A stretch of 64,000 bases of DNA from a virus (IMGVR_UViG_3300028797_000098:38321-102320), one strand, 5' to 3'; positions 26,939 to 36,921 are shown, counted from the stretch's first letter. Numbers and translations: made by a program. Notes: a model not told the origin generated them from the letters alone.

Positions 26939-28018
26939 ATGGAACACAAGATTGCAGTTTATGGCGGCGCATTTGACCCGCTTACCGTTGCCCATGAGGC
27001 AATTATTCAGTATCTTTTGGAAAACTACCCGGAAGTCCATGTCTATGTGACCGACAATGATGAAAAACAGTACAATGCATCATTCCAGGACCGTTATGGC
27101 ATGTTGATTGCCCGGTTTCCGAAACTGAACATCCATAAGCAGTCGGTTCGTACCTTCGATAATCTCGAAACAGTGTATGGAACATATGTTTCCGGATCCG
27201 AGAACAAGAATCCGGACATTGACCTCATTATCGGCATGGATGAGCTTGAAGCCCTTCTGGCCGGCAAGTGGAAAGATTCTGACAAGCTCATCGACAAGTA
27301 CAGCATCCGTGTATTCAACCGTGGAAAAAACTTCAATTTCCATACGGAACTTGGTACCCGAGGCGATATCAACCCTATTTTCGTAAATGTTCCCGATGTG
27401 TCGTCCACAGCTGTCCGTAGTGACATGCTCATGAACCCCATGTATGGGGGAATGTCGGTTTCGCCGCAAGTTCTTGGGTATATTTTCCAGCATGGATTAT
27501 ATCACCAGGATAATCCGCTAATACATTGGAACACTGAACATCAGGAACTTGCCAACTACAAGCCAGGCGATTATCCAAAACCTTCGGTTACGGTGACTTC
27601 CGTGGTTATCAACAGCATTGGCGAACCTACCATTGGTCGAGAGGACCAGGTGCTTCTAGTGCGCCGCAAGCGCTGGCCGTTCGCTAACTACTGGTGTCTC
27701 CCTGGTGGCTTTACCAATCCGCATGAACCCATCGAGAATTGCAGCTGTCGTGAACTCCATGAGGAAACGGGGCTTGTACTCTACCCTAATCAGGTTCACC
27801 AATTGAAGGTGTATATCCCGGAAGACCCTCGCGAGAATGTTCCTGGACACTGGGCGTATGACGTGGGTGTCTATGTTCGTGGGATTTTCGGGGCAGTCAA
27901 GGGTGACGACGATGCTGCCGAGGCAGCATGGTTCCCGTTGAGCGTAGCCCGCAAGGCTCACTTGGCGTTCCACCATAACCAAATCCTTGAAGATTACATC
28001 AAGACGATCGGGGGATAG
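26939..28018 (+). CDS. nadM: bifunctional NMN adenylyltransferase / Nudix (ADP-ribose pyrophosphatase), NadM-Nudix type
   Basis: N-terminal AVYGGAFDPLTVAHEAII (H/TxGH nucleotidyltransferase motif). C-terminal Nudix box LPGGFTNPHEPIENCSCRELHEETG. Confidence 0.7.
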   Translation: MEHKIAVYGGAFDPLTVAHEAIIQYLLENYPEVHVYVTDNDEKQYNASFQDRYGMLIARFPKLNIHKQSVRTFDNLETVYGTYVSGSENKNPDIDLIIGMDELEALLAGKWKDSDKLIDKYSIRVFNRGKNFNFHTELGTRGDINPIFVNVPDVSSTAVRSDMLMNPMYGGMSVSPQVLGYIFQHGLYHQDNPLIHWNTEHQELANYKPGDYPKPSVTVTSVVINSIGEPTIGREDQVLLVRRKRWPFANYWCLPGGFTNPHEPIENCSCRELHEETGLVLYPNQVHQLKVYIPEDPRENVPGHWAYDVGVYVRGIFGAVKGDDDAAEAAWFPLSVARKAHLAFHHNQILEDYIKTIGG

Positions 28019-28020
28019 CC

Positions 28021-28329
28021 ATGCACAAGATGTTTCCTGACATACCTCTGCCAAATCTGGTTATTGGCGTTGCAGGCGGTTTTCGTAGTTATCACCTGGC
28101 TAAGAATGTGCATGACCATTCTATTATTGAACCTATTTTCCATTTACCCAATAAGCCGCCGGCTGACTGGAATATTTCCGAGGATGAATGGGAACATGAC
28201 ATCAATCTGTGCCTTCAGGCTCGTGTAAAGGGCCGCTGGTACGGCGATGACATATTGCATCCTATCCCGATGACTGACGACATGGTTAAATTCATTGAAA
28301 AATGGGAGTCCGAATGTTCGAAGCAATAA
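28021..28329 (+). CDS. hypothetical protein
   Basis: 102-aa ORF. Confidence 0.4.
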   Translation: MHKMFPDIPLPNLVIGVAGGFRSYHLAKNVHDHSIIEPIFHLPNKPPADWNISEDEWEHDINLCLQARVKGRWYGDDILHPIPMTDDMVKFIEKWESECSKQ

Positions 28330-28439
28330 GGAAATGGCTGCATAAGGTAACTGCGCCGAAATGCAAACACCTGAATTTTACGCTGAACGGAAAGCCCACG
28401 GCTTCAGCCGTGGGATGATGAAAATGGTTGCCAATTAAG

Positions 28440-29745
28440 AAAAGTTTTTATAGATTGTTATAAACTTCTCTATGATAAGAGTTCTTGCCCGTCCTCCTAT
28501 CAAGGTTAGATTTTAAATGTCCACGGAATGCTGACGGGCAAATTAAGCGTTCTGTGGGCATTTGCTTATCTATGGTTGAATTGAAGACATACAAGTACAA
28601 GCTGTACAATCGAGATGCTCTAAGGTATCTCAACAATATACTTGTAGTTGCTGGACGGATATACAACCACTGCATTGCTCTGCACCGTCGGTACTACGGT
28701 ATCTATCATAAGATGCTTAATAAATACCAGTTGCAGAAGCACTTAACCAAACTGAAGAGACAATATCCAGAGTGGAATGAGGTTCCGTCGCAAGCCATTC
28801 AAGACATCACAGATAGGATAGACCGAGCATATCGGTTGTTCTTCTTGAACTTGAAGGCTGGAAAGAAGACCAATCCGCCTCACTTTCAGAAGACGGCTAA
28901 ATACCGTTCATTCACAACGAAGCAAGCTGGATATAAATTCCACGACTTTAACAGAGTTAAGATATGCAAGAAGGATTTTCCCTACTGGAACAGCAGGGAT
29001 TTTGATGGCAAGGTCAAGACCTTAACTGTCAAACGCAAGAGCAACGGATTCTACATATACATCGTCGTTGAGCAAGAATGTACACAGACAGAGTGGACTA
29101 AATCGGGTGAAATCGTTGGTTTCGACTTCAGTCTGCACGACTTCTTGGTTTCCTCTAACGGCGACGATTGTAGTATGCCTAAAATATTGCAGAAGAACCT
29201 CAAATCATTGAGAAACCTATCAGAAAAATACCGAAAGAGCAAGGGTAAGCGAGGTTCGCTGCGTACATTGCAGAAGCTACACGAGAAAGTAGCCAATCAG
29301 CGTTCCGATATGCACTGGAAGTTGGCTCGGCAGTTCTGCCGAGACTACGATGTTATGGTGTTTGAGACGCTAGACTTGGCCAACCTATCCAAGAAGTACA
29401 AGAAGTCTATGTACGATTTCGGGTTCAATGCTTTCTTGAGTATTCTCGAATATGTAGCTCATAAGACTGGTAAGACCGTAATGTACGCCGATAAGTGGTA
29501 TCCATCGTCGCAATTATGCTCCGAATGTGGTTATCAGAACCACGACCTAAAGGATGTATCTATCCGTCATTGGATATGTCCTAGCTGTGGTGCGGAACAC
29601 GATAGGGATAGAAATGCCGCCCGTAACTTATGTAAGGTAGGGGCATCTACCTTTGGGACATGTTGCCCATCTGTGGCAACTCCCAGAATCCCACGACTTT
29701 AGTCGTGGGAGTATGTCAAGAAGAACTGAGCGGACAGCGTTTCAT
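28440..29745 (+). mobile_element. IS200/IS605-family tnpB-only element (IS1341-like); boundaries approximate
   Basis: Left-end hairpin TTGCCCGTC...GACGGGCAA (28485-28541). Right-end hairpin CCCACGACT-tt-AGTCGTGGG (29686-29706). No tnpA. Confidence 0.6.
28572..29702 (+). CDS. tnpB: TnpB (IS605 OrfB) RuvC-like RNA-guided nuclease
   Basis: N-terminus LKTYKYKLYNRDALRYLNN. C-terminal zinc finger CSECGYQNHD...CPSCGAEHDRDRNAARNL. Confidence 0.8.
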   Translation: MVELKTYKYKLYNRDALRYLNNILVVAGRIYNHCIALHRRYYGIYHKMLNKYQLQKHLTKLKRQYPEWNEVPSQAIQDITDRIDRAYRLFFLNLKAGKKTNPPHFQKTAKYRSFTTKQAGYKFHDFNRVKICKKDFPYWNSRDFDGKVKTLTVKRKSNGFYIYIVVEQECTQTEWTKSGEIVGFDFSLHDFLVSSNGDDCSMPKILQKNLKSLRNLSEKYRKSKGKRGSLRTLQKLHEKVANQRSDMHWKLARQFCRDYDVMVFETLDLANLSKKYKKSMYDFGFNAFLSILEYVAHKTGKTVMYADKWYPSSQLCSECGYQNHDLKDVSIRHWICPSCGAEHDRDRNAARNLCKVGASTFGTCCPSVATPRIPRL

Positions 29746-29810
29746 GATGGATGGGCCTGGCTTCGGGTTCCATAAAATCTAGGATTGCATATAGTTGCCG
29801 GCAATGCCGG

Positions 29811-29829
29811 CATTTGCTATATTTGGAAC
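29811..29829 (+). promoter_or_regulatory. promoter element CATTTGCTATATTTGGAAC
   Basis: Preceded by the GCCGGC-aat-GCCGGC hairpin. ATG at 29830. Confidence 0.5.
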
Positions 29830-30384
29830 ATGACGGAAATATTTATAGACATCGAGAATACGCTCATTGACGACTTGTACAGTTGTACGCTTTTGGAGGA
29901 GCAATGTAAGCGAATTTCAAGCTATGTCTTGGAAAAAATTGCTGAACATGAACATGGAATGCCCGTCAAGGTAAGTTTGTTTACTTGGGGGTGGAAGACT
30001 AAGGATGAAATTCGGGATTACGTCGTAAAGTGGCTATTCGACGCACTGGAAATTCCGGCGGAAAATCGTGGTCGGGTATGGACCAAGGATGATTCTATCG
30101 AGTGTGCTTACAAGCATAAGTGGGTCAATACTAAGGATGAACTGGAAATCGATGACCTGCATATCCCTGGTGCAATGAATCGCTATGGATTAAATAAACA
30201 GATGTGTTTCGTGCAGCAAGCCATGGATGAAACTAGTTTCCCGTCAAGAATAGATAACACCGAAACCGATGAGTTTATCCTCATCGACGATACTAACAAT
30301 AGGTGGTATGAGACTCGTTCCATGACGACGTACGACCACAATGTGGAAGTAATTATAACGTTTGAACACCCGGAGGAAATTTAA
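29830..30384 (+). CDS. hypothetical protein
   Basis: ATG directly after the promoter element. Confidence 0.45.
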   Translation: MTEIFIDIENTLIDDLYSCTLLEEQCKRISSYVLEKIAEHEHGMPVKVSLFTWGWKTKDEIRDYVVKWLFDALEIPAENRGRVWTKDDSIECAYKHKWVNTKDELEIDDLHIPGAMNRYGLNKQMCFVQQAMDETSFPSRIDNTETDEFILIDDTNNRWYETRSMTTYDHNVEVIITFEHPEEI

Positions 30385-30782
30385 TGGAAGGTGTACTTGG
30401 CAGAATATTTAATGATTTTATCCAGGATAAGTTTACCGAAGATGAAATCAAGCAGGCTATTGCAAGGGAAACTGACGAATATGGCATTGAAGTTTCCGAT
30501 GACTCTTCTCGGATTAAGATGTATCCGAAAGATAGTGAGTCGGTGGTTGCTCCGGTTGTTCTTACAGTGGAGCATCATATTAAATGGCCGAAGGACAAGT
30601 GCTGGCACATGGAACTATTGAACCCGTTTGGAGAAGATTCGCACAATGACCCGAAAAATCATGTCAGGTGGATCAGCATACCGTTTAGGGTCTTTCTTGA
30701 CAAGGTGACAGCATTGCTGACTGATAGTAAATTTATGGATAAGGAAACGTTAAGGAGAATCAATGGCTATCTTGGTATGTAA
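30384..30782 (+). CDS. hypothetical protein
   Basis: 132-aa ORF. TAATG overlap with the upstream gene. Confidence 0.45.
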   Translation: MEGVLGRIFNDFIQDKFTEDEIKQAIARETDEYGIEVSDDSSRIKMYPKDSESVVAPVVLTVEHHIKWPKDKCWHMELLNPFGEDSHNDPKNHVRWISIPFRVFLDKVTALLTDSKFMDKETLRRINGYLGM

Positions 30783-31125
30783 TAGCATCAATGGAAATTG
30801 CATCCAAATCAATGGAAAGACAATCAAGGCCCCGTCGGGTTCAAGCATCACGATTGATGGTGACAACATCATTGTTGGCGATGAAGTGATTGTCTGCAAG
30901 GAAAAGGTTGTCAACATTTCAATCGAAGGTACGGTCGGCTCTGTTACAACAAGTTCCGGATACATCAAGGTTACTGGCGATGCAGGAAACTGCACAAGCT
31001 CTAGCGGCGACATTACAATCGGCGGAAGTGCCGGCAATATTGAAACAAGTTCCGGCGACGTGGACGTGGGTGGTTCCGTTTCGGGTAATATTAACACAAT
31101 GTCCGGTGACATCAGTCATCACTAA
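30763..31125 (+). CDS. beta-helix repeat protein (bactofilin/DUF4097-like)
   Basis: Repeating G-x-I/V-x-V-x-G units (ITIDGDNIIVGDEVIV...VTGDAGNCTSSSGDITIGGSAGNIETSSGDVDVGGSVSGNI). Confidence 0.4.
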   Translation: MAILVCNSINGNCIQINGKTIKAPSGSSITIDGDNIIVGDEVIVCKEKVVNISIEGTVGSVTTSSGYIKVTGDAGNCTSSSGDITIGGSAGNIETSSGDVDVGGSVSGNINTMSGDISHH

Positions 31126-31138
31126 AAGGAGTAATCAA

Positions 31139-31582
31139 ATGACCGACATCATTACCATTATCGCAATCGTGCTTTTCGGCATCGGGGTTGTATGGGAAAT
31201 CCTGGGTACACGTGAATCGAAGCCCAAGATTACGAGCGATTTTGCCAAGCTTATCTGCTGTGCACAGTATGAACAGGCTACCCTGCTCATGACGAAAAGC
31301 GACAAGAAGCGTCTTGGCAAGGAACTTAAAGCTATCATGCGGGATGCCGAGAAGAAAGACCGCAAGAATGTTCCGTGCCATGGCGGTGCGACACAGAAGA
31401 ATCGCTTCCGCTATGCCTATGAACTTTACCGCATGTTTGTCGGCGAGCTCAAAGTCAAGCAGTCTTTTCTTGACCAGTGCGAGCTTGATGACGGGCACAA
31501 GTCGGATATTGACCATTTGAAGGCCTGTATCAGTGAACTGGATGCCATCCAGAAGCAAGCACAGCCTATTTCGAATTTTTAA
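31139..31582 (+). CDS. membrane protein
   Basis: AAAGGAG SD. N-terminal TM helix IITIIAIVLFGIGVVW. Confidence 0.45.
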   Translation: MTDIITIIAIVLFGIGVVWEILGTRESKPKITSDFAKLICCAQYEQATLLMTKSDKKRLGKELKAIMRDAEKKDRKNVPCHGGATQKNRFRYAYELYRMFVGELKVKQSFLDQCELDDGHKSDIDHLKACISELDAIQKQAQPISNF

Positions 31583-31601
31583 CAAACAAGGATAAAACAA
31601 C

Positions 31602-32408
31602 ATGAAAAAAATCATTGCATTTTTAGCAATTCTCATCCTCTTCGCGTTCACTGGATGCTCCCAGATCGACCAAACTGAACGCGGTGTCGTTCTCAACTTC
31701 GGTAAGGTGAGCGAAACAATGGAACCTGGTCTCAACTTCTACAATGTCATCACTGAGAAGGTGGTCAAGATTCCGGTCAAGACGCAGCTTGAAACCATGC
31801 GGGTCGGTGCCGGCTCAAAGGACATGCAGGAAGTTACCGTCGGGGTCAACGTGAACTATCATATTGATCCAAAGAAGGTTGATGAAGTGTATGGCCAGTT
31901 CGGTACTGATGCGGTCGTGACTATCTTGCAGCCGAAGATGCGTGAAACCATTACCGGTGTTACCCCACAATATGTTGCAGAAGAAATGTTGCAGAAGCGT
32001 GAAGAAGTCCGTCGCCGTATGGAACAGGCTTTGCGTAACAAACTGGATTCAGCCAATTCCCATATCATTCTTGACGGCTTTACCATCTATGAATTCAAGT
32101 TTGACGCCCAGTTTAACAAGAGTATCTTGGATAAGCAGATTGCTGAACAGAATTCCTTGAAGGAAAAGAATATCCTTAAGGCTGTTGAATACCAGAATGA
32201 ACAGAAGAAGATTGCTGCCAAGGCTGATTCTGCTGCCAAGGTTATTGCTGCCAAGGCTGATTCTGTAGTAATTGCCACCCGTCTCAAGGCGTTAAAGCAG
32301 CAAAACAGCAAGGAATATATCACGTTGCAGTGGATTGAAACCTGGAATGGCGAGCTCCCCGACGTTGTGGCCAATGACAAAATCATGCCAATCATTGACT
32401 TGAAATAA
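31602..32408 (+). CDS. SPFH/band-7 (prohibitin-like) lipoprotein
   Basis: Lipobox signal MKKIIAFLAILILFAFTGC. SPFH-like core with coiled-coil C-terminus. Confidence 0.6.
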   Translation: MKKIIAFLAILILFAFTGCSQIDQTERGVVLNFGKVSETMEPGLNFYNVITEKVVKIPVKTQLETMRVGAGSKDMQEVTVGVNVNYHIDPKKVDEVYGQFGTDAVVTILQPKMRETITGVTPQYVAEEMLQKREEVRRRMEQALRNKLDSANSHIILDGFTIYEFKFDAQFNKSILDKQIAEQNSLKEKNILKAVEYQNEQKKIAAKADSAAKVIAAKADSVVIATRLKALKQQNSKEYITLQWIETWNGELPDVVANDKIMPIIDLK

Positions 32409-32437
32409 AATTTAGGAAAATCCTCCGATATGGCTGG

Positions 32438-32455
32438 AAATTTGCTATATTCGGG
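32438..32455 (+). promoter_or_regulatory. promoter element AAATTTGCTATATTCGGG
   Basis: Followed by a non-coding structured region and then tRNA-Gly(CCC). Confidence 0.45.
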
Positions 32456-32708
32456 ATAACAGTCGTCCGTTCTGCCACAAGAATCAGTGGAGTGTCGCTT
32501 GGGGTCATGACCAGGCAGCCGATGAGCGGTCCTGAATCATCAGTAAATGGTTCTGTGCCCATGCAGATATCATGCGGCGGGGGATGCCTTTCCCCTTTCT
32601 GGAAATTCGCTCCCATAAGGAAGAAATTAGGCACCCTTCCCCTGGGGTAAAAGGGGAAACGGTTGGACCACCCGTTACCGTGACGTGATTTACCACGGAG
32701 GCCCACCA

Positions 32709-32781
32709 TGCGGGAGTAGCTCAGGTGGTAGAGCGAGGCATTCCCATTGCCTAGGTCGCGAGTTCGAATCTCGTCTCCCGC
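32709..32781 (+). tRNA. tRNA-Gly(CCC)
   Basis: Perfect acceptor GCGGGAG/CTCCCGC. Anticodon loop ttCCCat. T-loop TTCGAAT. Confidence 0.7.
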
Positions 32782-32800
32782 TTTAGCAAAGGATGACAAC

Positions 32801-33061
32801 ATGGCACTGTACACGACGCCGAAAGAGACCACTTGGAAGGAGTTCCAGAGCACAGGACTTCTTCTTTTTATCAACACCTTCCTACACATCTTCGGGTGGT
32901 GCATCGTGATTGAGTGTGACGATGAAGGCGCCGACCGTGCATACCCCGCCCGCACATCCTGGCGCGGTTTCTCCGAGGATTCGATGACCCGTGCTTACCA
33001 GAAACTTACAAAGAAGATGCAGGAAGACCTCCCGCAGCTTCTCGAAGATACGAAGGACTAA
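32801..33061 (+). CDS. small membrane protein
   Basis: AAAGGA then ATG. TM helix GLLLFINTFLHIFGWCIVI. Confidence 0.35.
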   Translation: MALYTTPKETTWKEFQSTGLLLFINTFLHIFGWCIVIECDDEGADRAYPARTSWRGFSEDSMTRAYQKLTKKMQEDLPQLLEDTKD

Positions 33062-33063
33062 TA

Positions 33064-33863
33064 TGGCTGAAAGTGAATTTGACGACGTAAGATGCACTGC
33101 CCAGGATGGACAGGAAACTGAGTTCTACCACTGGGCAATCAAGCTCCAGAAGGACCCGTGGACCGTCCGTACTGACAAAATTCAGGACATTAAGTACCTG
33201 TTCTTCCGTTGGAACCATGGACAAGTGAATGCTTTTGAAGTTTCCATGAAATTTGACCTGGAAACCGGTCATTATGACGTATGTAATGTGGTTCCACTTG
33301 CGATTCCTCAATTTACCCCTCGTGAGTATAATAATAATCTTGAACGATTTGTGAATGAGATTCTTATTCCATTCAATCAGGAAAATGGAAATTCGCTTCA
33401 TTTTGAATATGAGAGATGCGGCGGACGCATGACCTATGATTACAGTCTGGATATCAAGGATATGTGGAGCAAACAGACTACCGAGGATTTACAGAAAATC
33501 TTCGTTCGAGAGATGTATTGCGCCCGTATTGAAATAATGGAAGATGTGCTTAACAGATACACGCATGAAATTGTTTCACTTGAAAAACATTCGGAAATTT
33601 CCCATCAGATTGCCGATATTATTACGAGACAGCTGCTTAGACCGGCAGATTGCGATGTTTTGATGGCAGCACAGTGCTTTGTCGGTATGTGCATGAAGAA
33701 AATGGTCATGTGCACACCTCCCACAACGATGTTTGATGAGTTCCTGACTGATGAATACCGAAAGCATTTAAATTTACTAATCGGCGTTGATACAAACTTG
33801 CTGGAAGGCACTATTCAGATTGGTGCCATAAGAACTAGCGTGTATTCGTTTTTTGCCAATTAA
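33064..33863 (+). CDS. hypothetical protein
   Basis: 266-aa ORF. Confidence 0.45.
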
Positions 33864-33874
33864 GGAGATTTGAG

Positions 33875-34501
33875 ATGGAACTTACATTTGCAGAAGTGAA
33901 AAAGGCACTGAAAATCATCCAGGACTGGGGTAACTGCGCCGGTGAGCGTGCTGTAGAGGAAATTGATAGGATTTCTAAGTGGCAGAACTTGAATATCAAG
34001 GATATTCATGGTATCCAGAAAGCGTTGAAAGACGGTGTGGATGATAGTGCGAAGAGTATTTTGCAGCATGAACTTAAACTTCACAAGCTTGTGTACAGGC
34101 ATGACTTGAAACGCAATATGAAGCGTCGCTGGCTCATGCGGGTGGTCAAGGATTTGAATTCCTGGATTCATTCTACTAGAAGGCTTCTTGATGGTGTTGG
34201 TTGTTTCTATAAAAATGGCCAGTGGAAGTCGCGTTTTCATGTGGAACGTGGTCCACAATTTAACTACATTTGTGACCTTCAGGATGCCACCGGCGAACTC
34301 GATCCGTACTTCATTCTCCGTACGCCATTCAAGCTCCACGGTAATCCTATTGAATTGATTGTGAAGCATCGAATGGAATGGATTTGTGATGCGCTCAGAA
34401 AGGATACCGGTGAAGATACGGGATTTGAAATATATCAGGCAATCCTTGTTAACGATGTGGAAGCTGAGTTCAATGCATTCTTTGGTAAACTAGACGGTTG
34501 A
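33875..34501 (+). CDS. hypothetical protein
   Basis: GGAGATTTGAG then ATG. 208 aa. Confidence 0.5.
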   Translation: MELTFAEVKKALKIIQDWGNCAGERAVEEIDRISKWQNLNIKDIHGIQKALKDGVDDSAKSILQHELKLHKLVYRHDLKRNMKRRWLMRVVKDLNSWIHSTRRLLDGVGCFYKNGQWKSRFHVERGPQFNYICDLQDATGELDPYFILRTPFKLHGNPIELIVKHRMEWICDALRKDTGEDTGFEIYQAILVNDVEAEFNAFFGKLDG

Positions 34502-34504
34502 TGT

Positions 34505-34951
34505 ATGGGTACCAACTATTATCTGAGAAATAAGGAGTTGCCTCATAATTGGCCATATAGGTCCAATTATGGACTCCATATTGGAAAATCGAGCTATGGG
34601 TGGGCGTTTTCACTTCATGTGATTCCGGGCATAGCCGAGAGTCTTGATGATTGGAGAAAACTATGGAATTCTCGCCGTTTCGTTATCGAAGATGAATATG
34701 GTGAGCGGATTTCTAAGAAAGAAATGCTATCCATCATAACCGAACGTGGAAAGCTGTCGCCGGAGCATAAGTATTCCGGGACGAAAAGCAGACTACCCGA
34801 TGTTCCTTTGGACGAATGGGACCAGAAGACGCATTTGCATCGGCATGTCCCCGAAATTCGACATGATGAAATGGGAAATGTTGAATACAAGGAATTAAAC
34901 AAGATCAACTGGGGCCTGGGATATGACCTCATGGTTGGCGAATGGTGTTAA
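34505..34951 (+). CDS. hypothetical protein
   Basis: 148-aa ORF. Confidence 0.45.
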   Translation: MGTNYYLRNKELPHNWPYRSNYGLHIGKSSYGWAFSLHVIPGIAESLDDWRKLWNSRRFVIEDEYGERISKKEMLSIITERGKLSPEHKYSGTKSRLPDVPLDEWDQKTHLHRHVPEIRHDEMGNVEYKELNKINWGLGYDLMVGEWC

Positions 34952-34963
34952 ACGAGGTACAAA

Positions 34964-36358
34964 ATGGCACAGATTCTTACAGAAAAGAAGAAACTTAGCT
35001 TGGCAATGCCGAACAGAAAGGGTCGTCGCAAGCCGGATGCAAGGCTCATTACGCCGGCTCTTCCGAAACAGTACAAGAAAAAGGACCCGAATAAATGGAT
35101 TATTCAACATTTGACTGCAACCGATTTATACAAGTACAGCATGGGCCAGTTGTACTTCCACAAGCACCGTAATGTACAGGCCCGCTGGGAGTTTAAACTC
35201 CGTTCCAAGGGTGTACGCCTTGATTACTTGCACGATGCAATCAATCGCGAACTCGACCACCTTTGCACCCTCCGCTATACGGATTGGGAACTTACTGGAA
35301 TTGGTAAAGTTGCACCGTGGATTGATGATGACTTCCTCCGTGAACTGAAACGCTTCCAGTTGCAGCGTGAATACATTCACTGCGAATATGATCCGGACGA
35401 TGAATGTGGGCTCAAAATCTGGGCAGAAGGCTCCCAGATGGATGTCTACTGGTTTGAAATCTACGTGTTGCAGATTGTGCAGCACCTCTACTTCGACGAC
35501 CTTGAAATCGACTGGGAAGCTTCCAAGCGTAACCTTGCCGAAGTAATCAAGAAGTGGAAGGAAGCATCCGAACGCGGCATCAAGTTTACCGTTTCTGACT
35601 TCGGTATCCGCCGTGGCGTATCCGACGAATGGAACGAATACATGGTGTCCACCCTCTTGAAGGAACTTCCGGGCGTGTTTGTGGGTACATCCAATGTGTA
35701 CCTCGCTATCAAGCTTGGTTGTAAGGCTATCGGCACTTTTGCGCATGAGCTTTACGCGGTCTACCAGGGCCTCGATGATGTAAAGCTCCGCAAGTGCCAG
35801 ACTCAGGTGTTTGAAGACTGGATGCACGAATTCGGCGGTGATCTCGGTATTGCCTTGTCCGATAACTTTGGCTTCAAGGCGTTCCTCGAAGATTTCGGTG
35901 CAGGCTCTCGTCGCGGCAAGCTCTATGCCAAGGTGTTCGATGGCTGCCGGCATGACTCCGGCAACCCGTACACTTGGGGCGAAATGCTCATTGCCCATTA
36001 CAAGAAGTTGAAGATTGACCCGGCCACCAAGGTTGGCTGTTGGAGCGACAGTCTCGATGTGGACAAGTCCATCGCCATCGCCGAGCACTTCAACCTCCGT
36101 ATCAAGATTGCCTTCGGCATCGGGACATTCCTCAGTGCTTCCATCGTGAAGTTCAAGGGCAATGCCGAGCGCAAGCCGCTTTCCATGGTCATGAAGGTTG
36201 TGAAGGTCAAGGCCCACAACGATGCACCGTGGGTTTGGGCTGTTAAACTGTCCGATTCCATCGGCAAGACCATGTGCCCCGACCAGGACCATGTGGAACT
36301 CGTAAAACGGACATTCAATTACAGCTCCATCGACGAGGTGCAGGAGGTTTGCCAGTGA
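34964..36358 (+). CDS. nadV: nicotinamide phosphoribosyltransferase (NAMPT/NadV)
   Basis: 464 aa. NAPRTase-family core resemblance (FGIRRGVS, GTSNVYLA...FAHELY). Partner of the NMNAT-Nudix gene, as in known phage NAD+ salvage pairs. Confidence 0.65.
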   Translation: MAQILTEKKKLSLAMPNRKGRRKPDARLITPALPKQYKKKDPNKWIIQHLTATDLYKYSMGQLYFHKHRNVQARWEFKLRSKGVRLDYLHDAINRELDHLCTLRYTDWELTGIGKVAPWIDDDFLRELKRFQLQREYIHCEYDPDDECGLKIWAEGSQMDVYWFEIYVLQIVQHLYFDDLEIDWEASKRNLAEVIKKWKEASERGIKFTVSDFGIRRGVSDEWNEYMVSTLLKELPGVFVGTSNVYLAIKLGCKAIGTFAHELYAVYQGLDDVKLRKCQTQVFEDWMHEFGGDLGIALSDNFGFKAFLEDFGAGSRRGKLYAKVFDGCRHDSGNPYTWGEMLIAHYKKLKIDPATKVGCWSDSLDVDKSIAIAEHFNLRIKIAFGIGTFLSASIVKFKGNAERKPLSMVMKVVKVKAHNDAPWVWAVKLSDSIGKTMCPDQDHVELVKRTFNYSSIDEVQEVCQ

Positions 36359-36921
36359 GCAAGCTCGGCCCGTTAAACGACTTATTTGAGTCCGAGACTG
36401 CTACAATCACCTCTCCGACCGGGGAAGTGGTTCCCGTTAAGACCTATCGTTTTTCCAAGCCGGACCCGAAGAAGGAATTGGCTTGGAAGGCGCTTGAAAA
36501 TGCCAGGGAGGCATTGCGGGTGGCGGAGGAGAATTATCGGACGGTTTCCAAGGATGACCAGACTAGCCGCATTAAGCTTCTGGATGACTTCTACCGGGAC
36601 AAATGGGTGCTTGAGTATGACCGGTTGCCCATGATGATGGGCAAAGGTGTTCCTATCAAGGAAAATTTCATCATTACCAAGGTCGAAAAGGTTATTTTCA
36701 TTGGCAATGGGTTTGTTTCCGTCAAGGGAAAGATGCTCAAGGTTGCTGGAAAGGACAAGCTTGAAATTCCGTATGGTGGCTCCAAGCTTTCGGTCTCTGT
36801 GGCAACCGGGAACGATCTTCGGATTTCCAGGGTAGACCAGGTGCTTACCGGTAACCAGCTTGACAAGCTGCTTGACAAGGTGCGCAATAACTTCTTTGAC
36901 AAGACGGGTTCCATATGGTAG
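36355..36921 (+). CDS. hypothetical protein
   Basis: GTG start overlapping the nadV stop. 188 aa. Confidence 0.4.
   Translation: MSKLGPLNDLFESETATITSPTGEVVPVKTYRFSKPDPKKELAWKALENAREALRVAEENYRTVSKDDQTSRIKLLDDFYRDKWVLEYDRLPMMMGKGVPIKENFIITKVEKVIFIGNGFVSVKGKMLKVAGKDKLEIPYGGSKLSVSVATGNDLRISRVDQVLTGNQLDKLLDKVRNNFFDKTGSIW

Noticed and set aside
28396-28415. Hairpin CCCACGGC-ttca-GCCGTGGG as a terminator
   Set aside because: No T-run follows. It shares the CCCACG core with the IS right-end hairpin, so it may instead relate to the IS left flank. Function unclear.
32456-32708. Possible RNase P RNA or tmRNA
   Set aside because: Too short, and it lacks the conserved RNase P P4/P10-12 motifs or a split tRNA-like tmRNA domain. 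Kept only as an unclassified structured RNA.
32392-32955. 187-aa minus-strand ORF
   Set aside because: Overlaps the well-formed tRNA-Gly(CCC) and the structured leader, so it is implausible as a gene.
35126-36292. 388-aa minus-strand ORF
   Set aside because: Antisense to the NAMPT/NadV gene. A GC-skewed shadow frame.
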